This document shows positions 7,535-15,223 of a stretch of 19,526 nucleotides of DNA, piece after piece. Positions within the stretch are counted from its first letter, which is position 1. Every line of letters begins with the position of its first letter. The stretch covers positions 1 to 19,526 of the forward strand of contig JACRBE010000015.1 in assembly GCA_016213235.1 (NCBI GenBank). The letters are read 5' to 3'. Source of the stretch: Chlamydiales bacterium. Lineage in GTDB: Bacteria; Chlamydiota; Chlamydiia; Chlamydiales; JACRBE01. The notes under the pieces are model-generated. The model made no database searches and was not told the origin of the DNA. It saw nothing but the letters and a program-made list of their open reading frames with translations. Both the position numbers and the translations under genes were made by a program.

Positions 7535-8480
7535 TTTTCATCAACTCTTGTGCTAATTTATCTGAATCATGCCGAATAAGGCTTCTTTTCATTAAATCTT
7601 GCGTATCTCTTTCTTGTATCTCGCCTAATAAAGGCGCTTCTATTACTCGATTATCATGCATATCATTTTCGACTAAATCCCCTTCATTAGCATATCTTTC
7701 TACCAGTTCTTGAGAAGGTTTTTGGTTGTTGACAAGTACATAATCAAAACAATCCCTTCCAACAAAAGAACTGATTTCTTTTAGTTGTTCACTAACAGTA
7801 AAATTGCTTGTTTGCCCTTTGCGGTTCATTAAGTTTACAACAAATATTTTTTTTGCCGGGCTATTTAATATCGCACTTGGCATGCCCTCTACAAGGAAAT
7901 TTGGTATAATCGAGGTATAAAGTCCACCGGGGCTGATAATAATGGCATCTGCATGCATAATCTCGCTTACAGCATGAGGATTTACCATAGGTATAGGGTC
8001 TAAATAGATGGAACAATACCCCTGATCTATTTTTTCTGATAGATATATTTCCTTTTCACCATCCAGGAGCGTTCTATCGCTCAGTATCATTTTTAATCGA
8101 ACAGGATGTGTCGTAACAGGGATGACTTTACCCTTGATATATAAAATCTTTCCCACTTCTTCTACAGCTTTTTCAAAACTTCCTGTTACTTTTTCTAAGG
8201 CAGAAAGAAGTAGATTACCAAAACTATGTCCTCCAAGCCCTCCATTTTCAAAACGATAATTCATCAAAGTTCTCATTAACCTAGAAGAATTAGAAAGAGC
8301 CACTAAACATTGCCGAACATCGCCTGGAGGCAAGACGCCAAGCTCATCTCTTAAAATACCAGTACTTCCTCCATTATCTGCCATGGAAACAATCGCTGAC
8401 AATTCTACATCGTATTTCCTAAGGCCCTGAAGGGTGGTAAAATTACCAGTACCCCCACCGATAACAACTATTTTTTTCAT
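7518..8480 (-). CDS. yvcK: YvcK/GlmR family (UPF0052, CofD-like) UDP-GlcNAc-binding protein
   Basis: IVVIGGGTG, DNGGSTG.LR, PPGDVR, GHSFGNL, PGGLYTSIIPN and C-terminal RHD. Confidence 0.93.
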   Translation of the reverse strand: MKKIVVIGGGTGNFTTLQGLRKYDVELSAIVSMADNGGSTGILRDELGVLPPGDVRQCLVALSNSSRLMRTLMNYRFENGGLGGHSFGNLLLSALEKVTGSFEKAVEEVGKILYIKGKVIPVTTHPVRLKMILSDRTLLDGEKEIYLSEKIDQGYCSIYLDPIPMVNPHAVSEIMHADAIIISPGGLYTSIIPNFLVEGMPSAILNSPAKKIFVVNLMNRKGQTSNFTVSEQLKEISSFVGRDCFDYVLVNNQKPSQELVERYANEGDLVENDMHDNRVIEAPLLGEIQERDTQDLMKRSLIRHDSDKLAQELMKIVSNI

Positions 8481-9214
8481 AAATTTCTTAAACTACTTAT
8501 TTTAGATGCCATATTCCCATTAAATAAATATGTACCAGAAACAAGCACATTAGCGCCTGACTCCACACAACGCTTAGCTGTTTCCAAATTAATACCGCCA
8601 TCGACTTGAATATCAAATGGAGGGAGCGATTTTTGCTCTTTTGTTGCTGCATGTTTCTCTAAAATGAGCCCATTTTTTTTCACTTGCAGTCGATTACAAA
8701 CATCTCTTAATATACTAATTTTTTCGAGTACTTTTGGTATAAAAGACTGGCCTCCGAATCCAGGATTTACAGTCATCAGTAGAATCATATCACACTTATC
8801 AAGATAATTCATTACCATTGCAAGCGATGTTTCAGGAGAGAGTGCAAGGCCTACTTTTTTACCACATCTACGGATAAAGGCTATTATTTCTTCTACATCT
8901 TCTGTTGATTCCAGGTGAAAAGTAATTTGATCCGCACCATTTGCAATGAGTTCTTCGATATACTGGAAAGGGTGATATACCATAATATGTACGTCCAAAA
9001 ACAAGTTGGTTGCTTTATTTACCGCTCCGAGTGCTTTTGGTCCTAATGTGATATTGGGAACAAAATGTCCATCCATGATATCAAAATGAAGGGCATCAGC
9101 TCCTGCATCTTCTATTCGTTTTGCTTCATCTGCAAGTTTTCCAAAATCTGCCGCAAAAATGGAGGGTTCTATCTTCAAATATTTATGATCAAATGTTGTA
9201 TTTCTTTTTTCCAT
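8477..9214 (-). CDS. rpe: Ribulose-phosphate 3-epimerase
   Basis: PSIFAAD, HFDIMDGHFVPN, DVHIMV, MTVNPGFGGQ, VDGG and VSGT.LF. Confidence 0.97.
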   Translation of the reverse strand: MEKRNTTFDHKYLKIEPSIFAADFGKLADEAKRIEDAGADALHFDIMDGHFVPNITLGPKALGAVNKATNLFLDVHIMVYHPFQYIEELIANGADQITFHLESTEDVEEIIAFIRRCGKKVGLALSPETSLAMVMNYLDKCDMILLMTVNPGFGGQSFIPKVLEKISILRDVCNRLQVKKNGLILEKHAATKEQKSLPPFDIQVDGGINLETAKRCVESGANVLVSGTYLFNGNMASKISSLRNL

Positions 9215-9264
9215 AACAAACTATTACCTACTGCCTTCGAAAAGAGTATACCTAAGTAAGGGAA

Positions 9265-9292
9265 ATTATAACATATCTAGGTGCATTTTCAA
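9265..9292 (-). promoter_or_regulatory. Putative strong sigma70/sigma66-type promoter for rpe-yvcK-HAD-efp-accB-accC-rmlA
   Basis: Minus strand TTGAAA (9292-9287), N16, perfect TATAAT (9270-9265) preceded by TG-N (extended -10). Overlaps the stop codon of the 605-aa gene. Confidence 0.55.
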
Positions 9293-11083
9293 TTCATTTA
9301 GTTCTATAAAATCACGCTTTATCAACACCCCGTAAACATATTTTTGCATATGTTGCAACGCAATGGATAAGTATTGATGGGAAGCGATATTCATTTTAGC
9401 AACTAATTGTAAATTTTTTTCATATAATTTTTTATCAGAAAAAACACCAATACCCATCCAAGTATATTCTAAATTTTCCTCTATCCAATCTTGCTGAGTC
9501 GCAAAAATGTTGTTACAAGCTTTTTTAAATAAAGCAAAGAAAGCAATTAAAATGGAGGTATCCCAAACAGCAATATATTCTCTTTGTTTGATAGAAATAA
9601 AAAATTTCTCTAATAACTCTATGGTACGCTGGTCTACATCTATTAAATTTTTTATTTCTGCCAATTTTTCCATTTGTTTTTCTATCATGCCACCATTAAA
9701 ATCACGAAAAGCTCCTATTATATTTTTTATTTCATAAGCAACTTTCTTCCTTGCTTCATAGTAATCGATGAGTTGCTCTTTTGACCCATCTCCTACCACA
9801 TATCCTTTCAAAATAACGCCTTCTTTAGGATATTTTTTACGAATCATACCTATTGTTTTTGTCTTTTCTAACTGTAAATAAACGCCTTCTTGTGTTGTTA
9901 TTTTATCTATTTGTTTAAGAAAACCAACATCAAGGCAAGCAATTAAAACAGAAAACTCCCATTTATCTTTTATCTTCTGTTCGTACGATATCATTACCTG
10001 TGGTAAATCTTTGCGATATCTTAGTTGCGATCCGAGGATGATCATGTTTTTATATAATTCTTCTTCATTTCTAGGGATAAGTAGTGGTTTAACAAACTGA
10101 TGTATCGATTTTTGTATAGAAATAGGTAATAGTTCCTCTAAAAAATCAAGGTCTCGTTTAGAAAAGGGTTCCCGCTCGCTTTTTTCTAATTCAACATATA
10201 AATAGGTAACATCTTTTGCAGGCATTTGCTTTATAAAAAATGATTCTTCCAATAAACGTATAGATGGGAAATAGGCGCTTAGGAATTGAAACATCTCTTT
10301 TTTCTCAAAAACATCAATGTCAGATAGAGCCTTGAAACAGATACTAATGCAAGCAATATCCTTTAGGCCAAAAAGATCTTGTATTGCCGTTTTTTTTATC
10401 CTCATATTAGCAAATTTATGTTGATCAAATGACTTTTCCAGAAAATAAAGAGACAACACAACTCTTGAAAGATGTTTTTCTGAGCGAATAGCTTTAAAAC
10501 TTTCGGAAAAAGACAAAAAAACAGACTGCATAAAAGGGATGATATCGTAATCAATAAAGCTACTAAATCGGCTTAAGTAATAAAAAATTCTTTCCTGCAT
10601 ATGCAAAAACTTTTCTTCACTATTCATGCCTTTTATCTCTAAAATTTTAGAGGCTTGATAGTATGAAGAGAGTCCCAGGCACATTTCTTCTTCAAACAAT
10701 TCCATATTATCTATAATCTGAGAAGATAAAGAAGGAGGCAAGCAAAACCCCACATCCAATAGGGAATAAGAATCTTGATCATAGTCAAAGTCACTAACCA
10801 TAAAATGGGAAAAAGAGACCATATATCCAGGAATAGCCCATTTACGTAGCATTTCGTAGCAAAACTTCACGGTGTGATCATGTTTATAAGCAATAATAAC
10901 AACTTGAAATTCTTCTTTCTCTCCTATTTTTCTCATGATAAAAGCTGGCACCTGCAACTCTTCTAACGATGCATTTTTTTTGATAGAAAAAACCTCTTCC
11001 AACAAATCATACCCTATCTGCGCATACCTGATATTATGAAAAACAATGGGGGAATTTTTCTCTAATTCTTTAAGCATATTCAT
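9266..11083 (-). CDS. Hypothetical protein, 605 aa, soluble; possible tandem ACT-like domains
   Basis: Long uninterrupted ORF in AT-rich DNA, co-oriented with the aspartokinase and overlapping it by 14 nt. Motif-like segments PRNEEE, DLPQVMI and FRDFNGGM. Function not recognised. Confidence 0.8.
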   Translation of the reverse strand: MNMLKELEKNSPIVFHNIRYAQIGYDLLEEVFSIKKNASLEELQVPAFIMRKIGEKEEFQVVIIAYKHDHTVKFCYEMLRKWAIPGYMVSFSHFMVSDFDYDQDSYSLLDVGFCLPPSLSSQIIDNMELFEEEMCLGLSSYYQASKILEIKGMNSEEKFLHMQERIFYYLSRFSSFIDYDIIPFMQSVFLSFSESFKAIRSEKHLSRVVLSLYFLEKSFDQHKFANMRIKKTAIQDLFGLKDIACISICFKALSDIDVFEKKEMFQFLSAYFPSIRLLEESFFIKQMPAKDVTYLYVELEKSEREPFSKRDLDFLEELLPISIQKSIHQFVKPLLIPRNEEELYKNMIILGSQLRYRKDLPQVMISYEQKIKDKWEFSVLIACLDVGFLKQIDKITTQEGVYLQLEKTKTIGMIRKKYPKEGVILKGYVVGDGSKEQLIDYYEARKKVAYEIKNIIGAFRDFNGGMIEKQMEKLAEIKNLIDVDQRTIELLEKFFISIKQREYIAVWDTSILIAFFALFKKACNNIFATQQDWIEENLEYTWMGIGVFSDKKLYEKNLQLVAKMNIASHQYLSIALQHMQKYVYGVLIKRDFIELNELKMHLDML

Positions 11084-11846
11084 ATACTTTTGGCATTTTT
11101 TTAGCCTGATCAGAAACTATTATTGTTCCTACTTTTAATGGTTCTTTAAAAGAAAAAATTTCAAGTGGTATTTCATTTGTCTCAGCTAAAATAACAGCTC
11201 TTGGATGTAAAATTTTTTTTTCATTTTTTTCTAAAATAGACATAAGCTGCTCATAGCTTAGTTGTTCATTGATCTTGGATAATGCATTTTTTTTTGGGTC
11301 TTCATCATAAATCCCTTTAACATCTTTATAAAATTCTACTTTTTTAGCTTCTAAGGCAATAGCAAGGGCTACAGCGGTTGTGTCAGACCCTCCCCTACCA
11401 AGTGTTGTAATCTCCTTATTTACACTTACCCCTTGAAATCCAGCCACAATCACCACAGAATACTCACGAAGAGCCTCTTGAATACGATAGGGTTTTACAT
11501 CAACAATCCTTGCATCTGCATGATTTTGACAGGTAATAATACCCGACTGACTCCCTGTGAAGCTAATAGCCGTAACATGTTCCTCATAAAGAGCCATGGC
11601 AAGCAATGCCATGCTGATTCTCTCTCCTACAGAGACTAGCATATCCTGTTCTCGTTTAGGTGGATTTACTGATATTTTTTTAGCAATTTTCAATAAATGA
11701 TCTGTCATTTTCCCCATGGCACTGACAACAACAATAATTTGTTCATGCTCCGCTAATTTATGTTTAATTAAGGTAGCAACATGCTTGATGGGATCTATAT
11801 TAGAGAGGGATGCACCCCCGAATTTCATGACAATTAAATTTTTCAT
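11070..11846 (-). CDS. lysC: Aspartate kinase, amino-acid-kinase domain only (no C-terminal ACT domains)
   Basis: VMKFGGAS, VVVSAMG..TD, GERIS, VAGFQG, TTLGRGGSDTTA, DV.GIY..DP and ILHPRA. Ends just after GT.I. ATG 11846 is preferred over GTG 11852. Confidence 0.92.
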   Translation of the reverse strand: MKNLIVMKFGGASLSNIDPIKHVATLIKHKLAEHEQIIVVVSAMGKMTDHLLKIAKKISVNPPKREQDMLVSVGERISMALLAMALYEEHVTAISFTGSQSGIITCQNHADARIVDVKPYRIQEALREYSVVIVAGFQGVSVNKEITTLGRGGSDTTAVALAIALEAKKVEFYKDVKGIYDEDPKKNALSKINEQLSYEQLMSILEKNEKKILHPRAVILAETNEIPLEIFSFKEPLKVGTIIVSDQAKKMPKVYEYA

Positions 11847-11985
11847 AGGCACTATTATTCATTTAACTGGAAAATTTTTCGATATTTTTGATGACAATCA
11901 CCTTTTTATCACACCTTCCGATTATACTTTTAATTTATTTTTTACCTTTTCTTGTTTTCATTTTTCCAAAAGCGTTTGGTTAGTG

Positions 11986-12015
11986 TTGATTTTATTTTTT
12001 ACTCTCTGTTAAACT
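11986..12015 (+). promoter_or_regulatory. Putative promoter of the rpsA-nusA-infB-rbfA-truB operon
   Basis: TTGATT (11986-11991), N18, TAAACT (12010-12015) with TG at 12007-12008 (extended -10). SD AAGGAG at 12037-12042. Confidence 0.45.
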
Positions 12016-12052
12016 TTTTGCAATATTCAGAAAGATAAGGAGACCCATTTCA

Positions 12053-13816
12053 ATGTCCAAACAACTAGGTTATGACTGGAGCGACAACAAAGTAATTGAT
12101 GATATCGACTTCAGCGAAGAAGATGCAAAACAATTTAAACAGCTTCTAAATAAAAAAGAAGAGACTGCCTGTGAAGGATCGATTGCATCTATGCACAGCG
12201 GTGAAATTCTTAAAGGAATTATTGTAGAAGTAACAAAAGATTTCGTTGTTGTCGATGTAGGACTTAAATCAGAAGGATTAATTCCAATTAATGAATTTAG
12301 TGATCCAAAAGAGATAACATTAAATAGCGAAATAGAAGTTTATCTAGACCAAACAGAAGGGTCTGATGGACAAATCGTACTGTCTCGTGAAAAAGCAAGA
12401 AAACAAAGACAATGGGAATACATTGTCAATCATTGTGAAGAAGGCTCTATTATTCGAGGAAAAGTTATCCGTAAAGTCAAAGGCGGCTTAATGGTAGATA
12501 TTGGAATGGAAGCATTCCTACCAGGATCGCAAATCGACAACAAACGAATTAAAAACATCGATGAGTTCTTAGACCAAGAGTTTGATTTTAAAATACTTAA
12601 GATCAATATCGAGAGAAAGAATATTGTTGTTTCAAGAAGAGAACTTCTCGAAGAAGAAAGAGTATCTAAAAAAGCAGAATTGCTCGATGACATCAAAGAG
12701 GGAGCTGTTAGAAAAGGTCTTGTAAAAAACATTACAGACTTTGGCGTATTCCTTGATTTAGATGGTATAGATGGGCTACTTCATATTACTGATATGACTT
12801 GGAAGAGAATCAAACATCCTTCCGAGATGGTATCTTTAGGTGACGAACTTGAAGTGATGATTCTTCATATTGATAAAGACAAGGGACGTGTTGCTCTTGG
12901 CTTAAAGCAAAAAGAAGAGAACCCATGGGAAGTTATCGAGAAAAAATACCCACAAGGAACAAAAGTTAAAGGAAAAATTGTTAATCTTGTCCCTTATGGA
13001 GCATTTATTGAAATTGAGCCAGGAATTGAAGGACTCATTCACGTTTCTGAAATGTCTTGGGTAAAAAACATTACAGACCCAGCCCAAGTAGTAAATAAGG
13101 GCGATGAGGTAGAAGCAATTATCCTTTCTATCCAAAAGGAAGAGGGAAAAGTGTCGCTTGGTATTAAGCAACTGGAAAAAAATCCTTGGGATAATGTGGA
13201 TGAAAAGTATCCTATTGGGAAAAATGTAAAAGTAGAAATCAGAAACCTTACAAACTATGGTGCTTTTGTTGAATTAGAGCCAGGTGTGGATGGATTGATT
13301 CATATTTCTGATCTTAGCTGGATTAAAAAAGTATCTCATCCATCCGAAGTGTTGAAAAAAGGTGACATGGTAGATGCTATTGTTCTTTCCGTAGATAAAG
13401 AGAGCAAAAAGATAACTCTTGGAGTGAAGCAATTAAGCACCAATCCATGGGAATCTATTGAAAAAACGATGCCTGTAGGAAGCGTTGTTCATGGCAAAGT
13501 AACAAAGATTACAGCATTTGGCGCATTTATTGAGCTAGATAATGGCATTGAAGGACTTGTTCATGTCACAGAACTTTCTGACCAATCATTTGAAAAAGTA
13601 GAAGATGTTGTCTCTATTGGTACTAGTGTAACAGCGAAAGTTGTTAAATTGGATCCTGAACATAAAAAGATTTCCTTATCTATTAAGGACTATCTTGTTG
13701 AAAGAAACCAGGTCAATCGAGATGATATCGTTGTAAGTAAACCTCGCGATGAGAAAAAGAAAAAATCCCGTGATGAGGAAAAGAAAAAAACTCGTGATGA
13801 GGAAGAAGAACAATAA
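12053..13816 (+). CDS. rpsA: 30S ribosomal protein S1
   Basis: Six S1 repeats ([18 protein letters not shown], and repeated GxF...GxxGLxHxS/T...) and a charged C-terminal tail. Confidence 0.98.
   Translation: MSKQLGYDWSDNKVIDDIDFSEEDAKQFKQLLNKKEETACEGSIASMHSGEILKGIIVEVTKDFVVVDVGLKSEGLIPINEFSDPKEITLNSEIEVYLDQTEGSDGQIVLSREKARKQRQWEYIVNHCEEGSIIRGKVIRKVKGGLMVDIGMEAFLPGSQIDNKRIKNIDEFLDQEFDFKILKINIERKNIVVSRRELLEEERVSKKAELLDDIKEGAVRKGLVKNITDFGVFLDLDGIDGLLHITDMTWKRIKHPSEMVSLGDELEVMILHIDKDKGRVALGLKQKEENPWEVIEKKYPQGTKVKGKIVNLVPYGAFIEIEPGIEGLIHVSEMSWVKNITDPAQVVNKGDEVEAIILSIQKEEGKVSLGIKQLEKNPWDNVDEKYPIGKNVKVEIRNLTNYGAFVELEPGVDGLIHISDLSWIKKVSHPSEVLKKGDMVDAIVLSVDKESKKITLGVKQLSTNPWESIEKTMPVGSVVHGKVTKITAFGAFIELDNGIEGLVHVTELSDQSFEKVEDVVSIGTSVTAKVVKLDPEHKKISLSIKDYLVERNQVNRDDIVVSKPRDEKKKKSRDEEKKKTRDEEEEQ
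13745..13813 (+). repeat. About three 24-bp imperfect tandem repeats at the 3' end of rpsA
   Basis: CGCGATGAGAAAAAGAAAAAATCC / CGTGATGAGGAAAAGAAAAAAACT / CGTGATGAGGAAGAAGAACAA encode RDEKKKKS / RDEEKKKT / RDEEEEQ. Confidence 0.8.
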
Positions 13817-13819
13817 CGA

Positions 13820-13903
13820 TTTAACATCGATTAAAGCCGGGAGAATTAGATTTGCAGAAGTTATCTGTGAGGTTCTTCCCGGCTTGAATTATTAGTTGTT
13901 AAA
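13820..13903 (+). promoter_or_regulatory. Long imperfect RNA stem-loop in the rpsA-nusA intergenic region
   Basis: Nested complementary arms TTTAACA/TGTTAAA, AAGCCGGGA-GAA/TTC-T-TCCCGGCTT and TTTGCAGA/TCTGTGAG (with G-U pairs) around the loop AGTTA. GC-rich compared with the surrounding spacer. Confidence 0.7.
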
Positions 13904-13918
13904 GGAAAAAAAGGTGTC

Positions 13919-15205
13919 ATGAATAAAGATTTATTAGCCATTTTTGAGTATCTTGAAAGAGAGAAAGGGATCAAAAGAGAAATTGTTGTAAAAGCAATTG
14001 AAGATGCTCTTCGTATCGCTGCAAGAAAAAGCATAAAGCATGTAGGTGATATCAATGTCTCTATTAATTCAAAAACAGGGGATATTGAAGCTACCACAGA
14101 AAAGGAAATTGTAGAAAACGTAGAATATCCTGAAGAAGAGATCAGCTTGGAATCTGCCAGGGAACTAGATCCTGACTGTGAAATCGGGCAATGGATTCAG
14201 GTAGAAGTCAATCCGGAAGAACTTGGAAGAATTGCAGCACAGACCGCAAAACAGGTGATTACACAAAAACTACGTGGAGCAGAAAGAGACGTTATTTACG
14301 AAGAATATCGTCATCGGATTCATGAAATTGTTTCAGGTACTGTAAAAAAGGTTACAAAAGGGAATACTCTTATTGTAGACCTTGGGAAAGTACAAGGTGT
14401 ATTACCTGGAAAATTTTATCCTATTACAGAGAAGTATGGTGTTGGTGATAAAGTGCAAGCCATGATTTTCGAGGTAAGAGATACGGAGAATGGTGGAGCA
14501 GAAGTAATACTGACTAGGTCTCATCCAGAAATTGTAAAACAGCTATTTCTCCAGGAAGTCCCTGAATGTAGCGATGGATTGATCAACATTGTTAAAATTG
14601 TACGTGAAGCTGGATATCGGACCAAAATGCTCGTTACAACAAATGATGCTAAAATAGATCCCGTTGGGGCATGTGTTGGAGTAAGAGGAACTAGGGTAAA
14701 AAACATTATAAAAGAATTAAATAACGAAAAAATCGATATTCTTCCTTATTCTGATGACTTACAAGACTTATTAACAAATATCTTATCACCTGTTGTACCT
14801 AAAAAGATGGATGTAGATGATAATGATACTATTATTCTAGTGGTTGCAGACGAAGACTATCCTACTGTTTTAGGTAAAAAAGGATGCAATGCAAGATTAA
14901 TTGCAGAATTAATTGAGCATGAAGTGAAAGTATATAAGCAAAGTGAATATGGAAAACAAGAGCTTTTTGAGCGCAAACAAATAGCATTAATGGAAGATCC
15001 TACTTTAGATGAAGTGTTATCTATCGAAGGTGTGAACCCATTAATTTTAGATAGTATTACTACTGCAGGTTATGACACTCCAAGAAAGATACTCACTGCA
15101 GACATTAAAACTATTTCTGAAGAAACAAAACTTAGCGAAGAAAAGATTGGGAATATCGTCCAATTAGTAAAAAATAAAGTTCGCGCTAGCAATAAAGCGG
15201 AATAA
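13919..15205 (+). CDS. nusA: Transcription termination/antitermination factor NusA
   Basis: GRIAAQTAKQVI.Q, S1 domain, KH motifs REAGYRTK, DPVGACVG.RG.RV and LGKKG.NARL. SD AAGGTG. Confidence 0.97.
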   Translation: MNKDLLAIFEYLEREKGIKREIVVKAIEDALRIAARKSIKHVGDINVSINSKTGDIEATTEKEIVENVEYPEEEISLESARELDPDCEIGQWIQVEVNPEELGRIAAQTAKQVITQKLRGAERDVIYEEYRHRIHEIVSGTVKKVTKGNTLIVDLGKVQGVLPGKFYPITEKYGVGDKVQAMIFEVRDTENGGAEVILTRSHPEIVKQLFLQEVPECSDGLINIVKIVREAGYRTKMLVTTNDAKIDPVGACVGVRGTRVKNIIKELNNEKIDILPYSDDLQDLLTNILSPVVPKKMDVDDNDTIILVVADEDYPTVLGKKGCNARLIAELIEHEVKVYKQSEYGKQELFERKQIALMEDPTLDEVLSIEGVNPLILDSITTAGYDTPRKILTADIKTISEETKLSEEKIGNIVQLVKNKVRASNKAE

Positions 15206-15223
15206 GAAAATAAAGGTGTAGGT

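Noticed and set aside
11863..11901. Minus-strand 12-codon uORF (GTG; MIVIKNIEKFSS) upstream of lysC, rich in Ile/Lys/Asn, as a possible attenuator leader peptide
   Set aside because: These residues are the ones most expected by chance in AT-rich DNA. There are no tandem control codons and no terminator/antiterminator hairpins before lysC.
11853..12052. Lysine riboswitch or T-box upstream of the aspartokinase
   Set aside because: The spacer is T-rich and low in complexity, is shared with the rpsA promoter, and shows no multi-helix structure or T-box motif.
13820..13903. The rpsA-nusA hairpin as SRP RNA, 6S RNA or a classical intrinsic terminator
   Set aside because: No SRP domain IV GNRA-loop motif, too short for 6S, and no U-tract after the stem.
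13817..13918. Absence of rimP upstream of nusA as a novelty
   Set aside because: From memory, direct rpsA-nusA adjacency is the normal chlamydial arrangement, so I used it only as a taxonomic clue.
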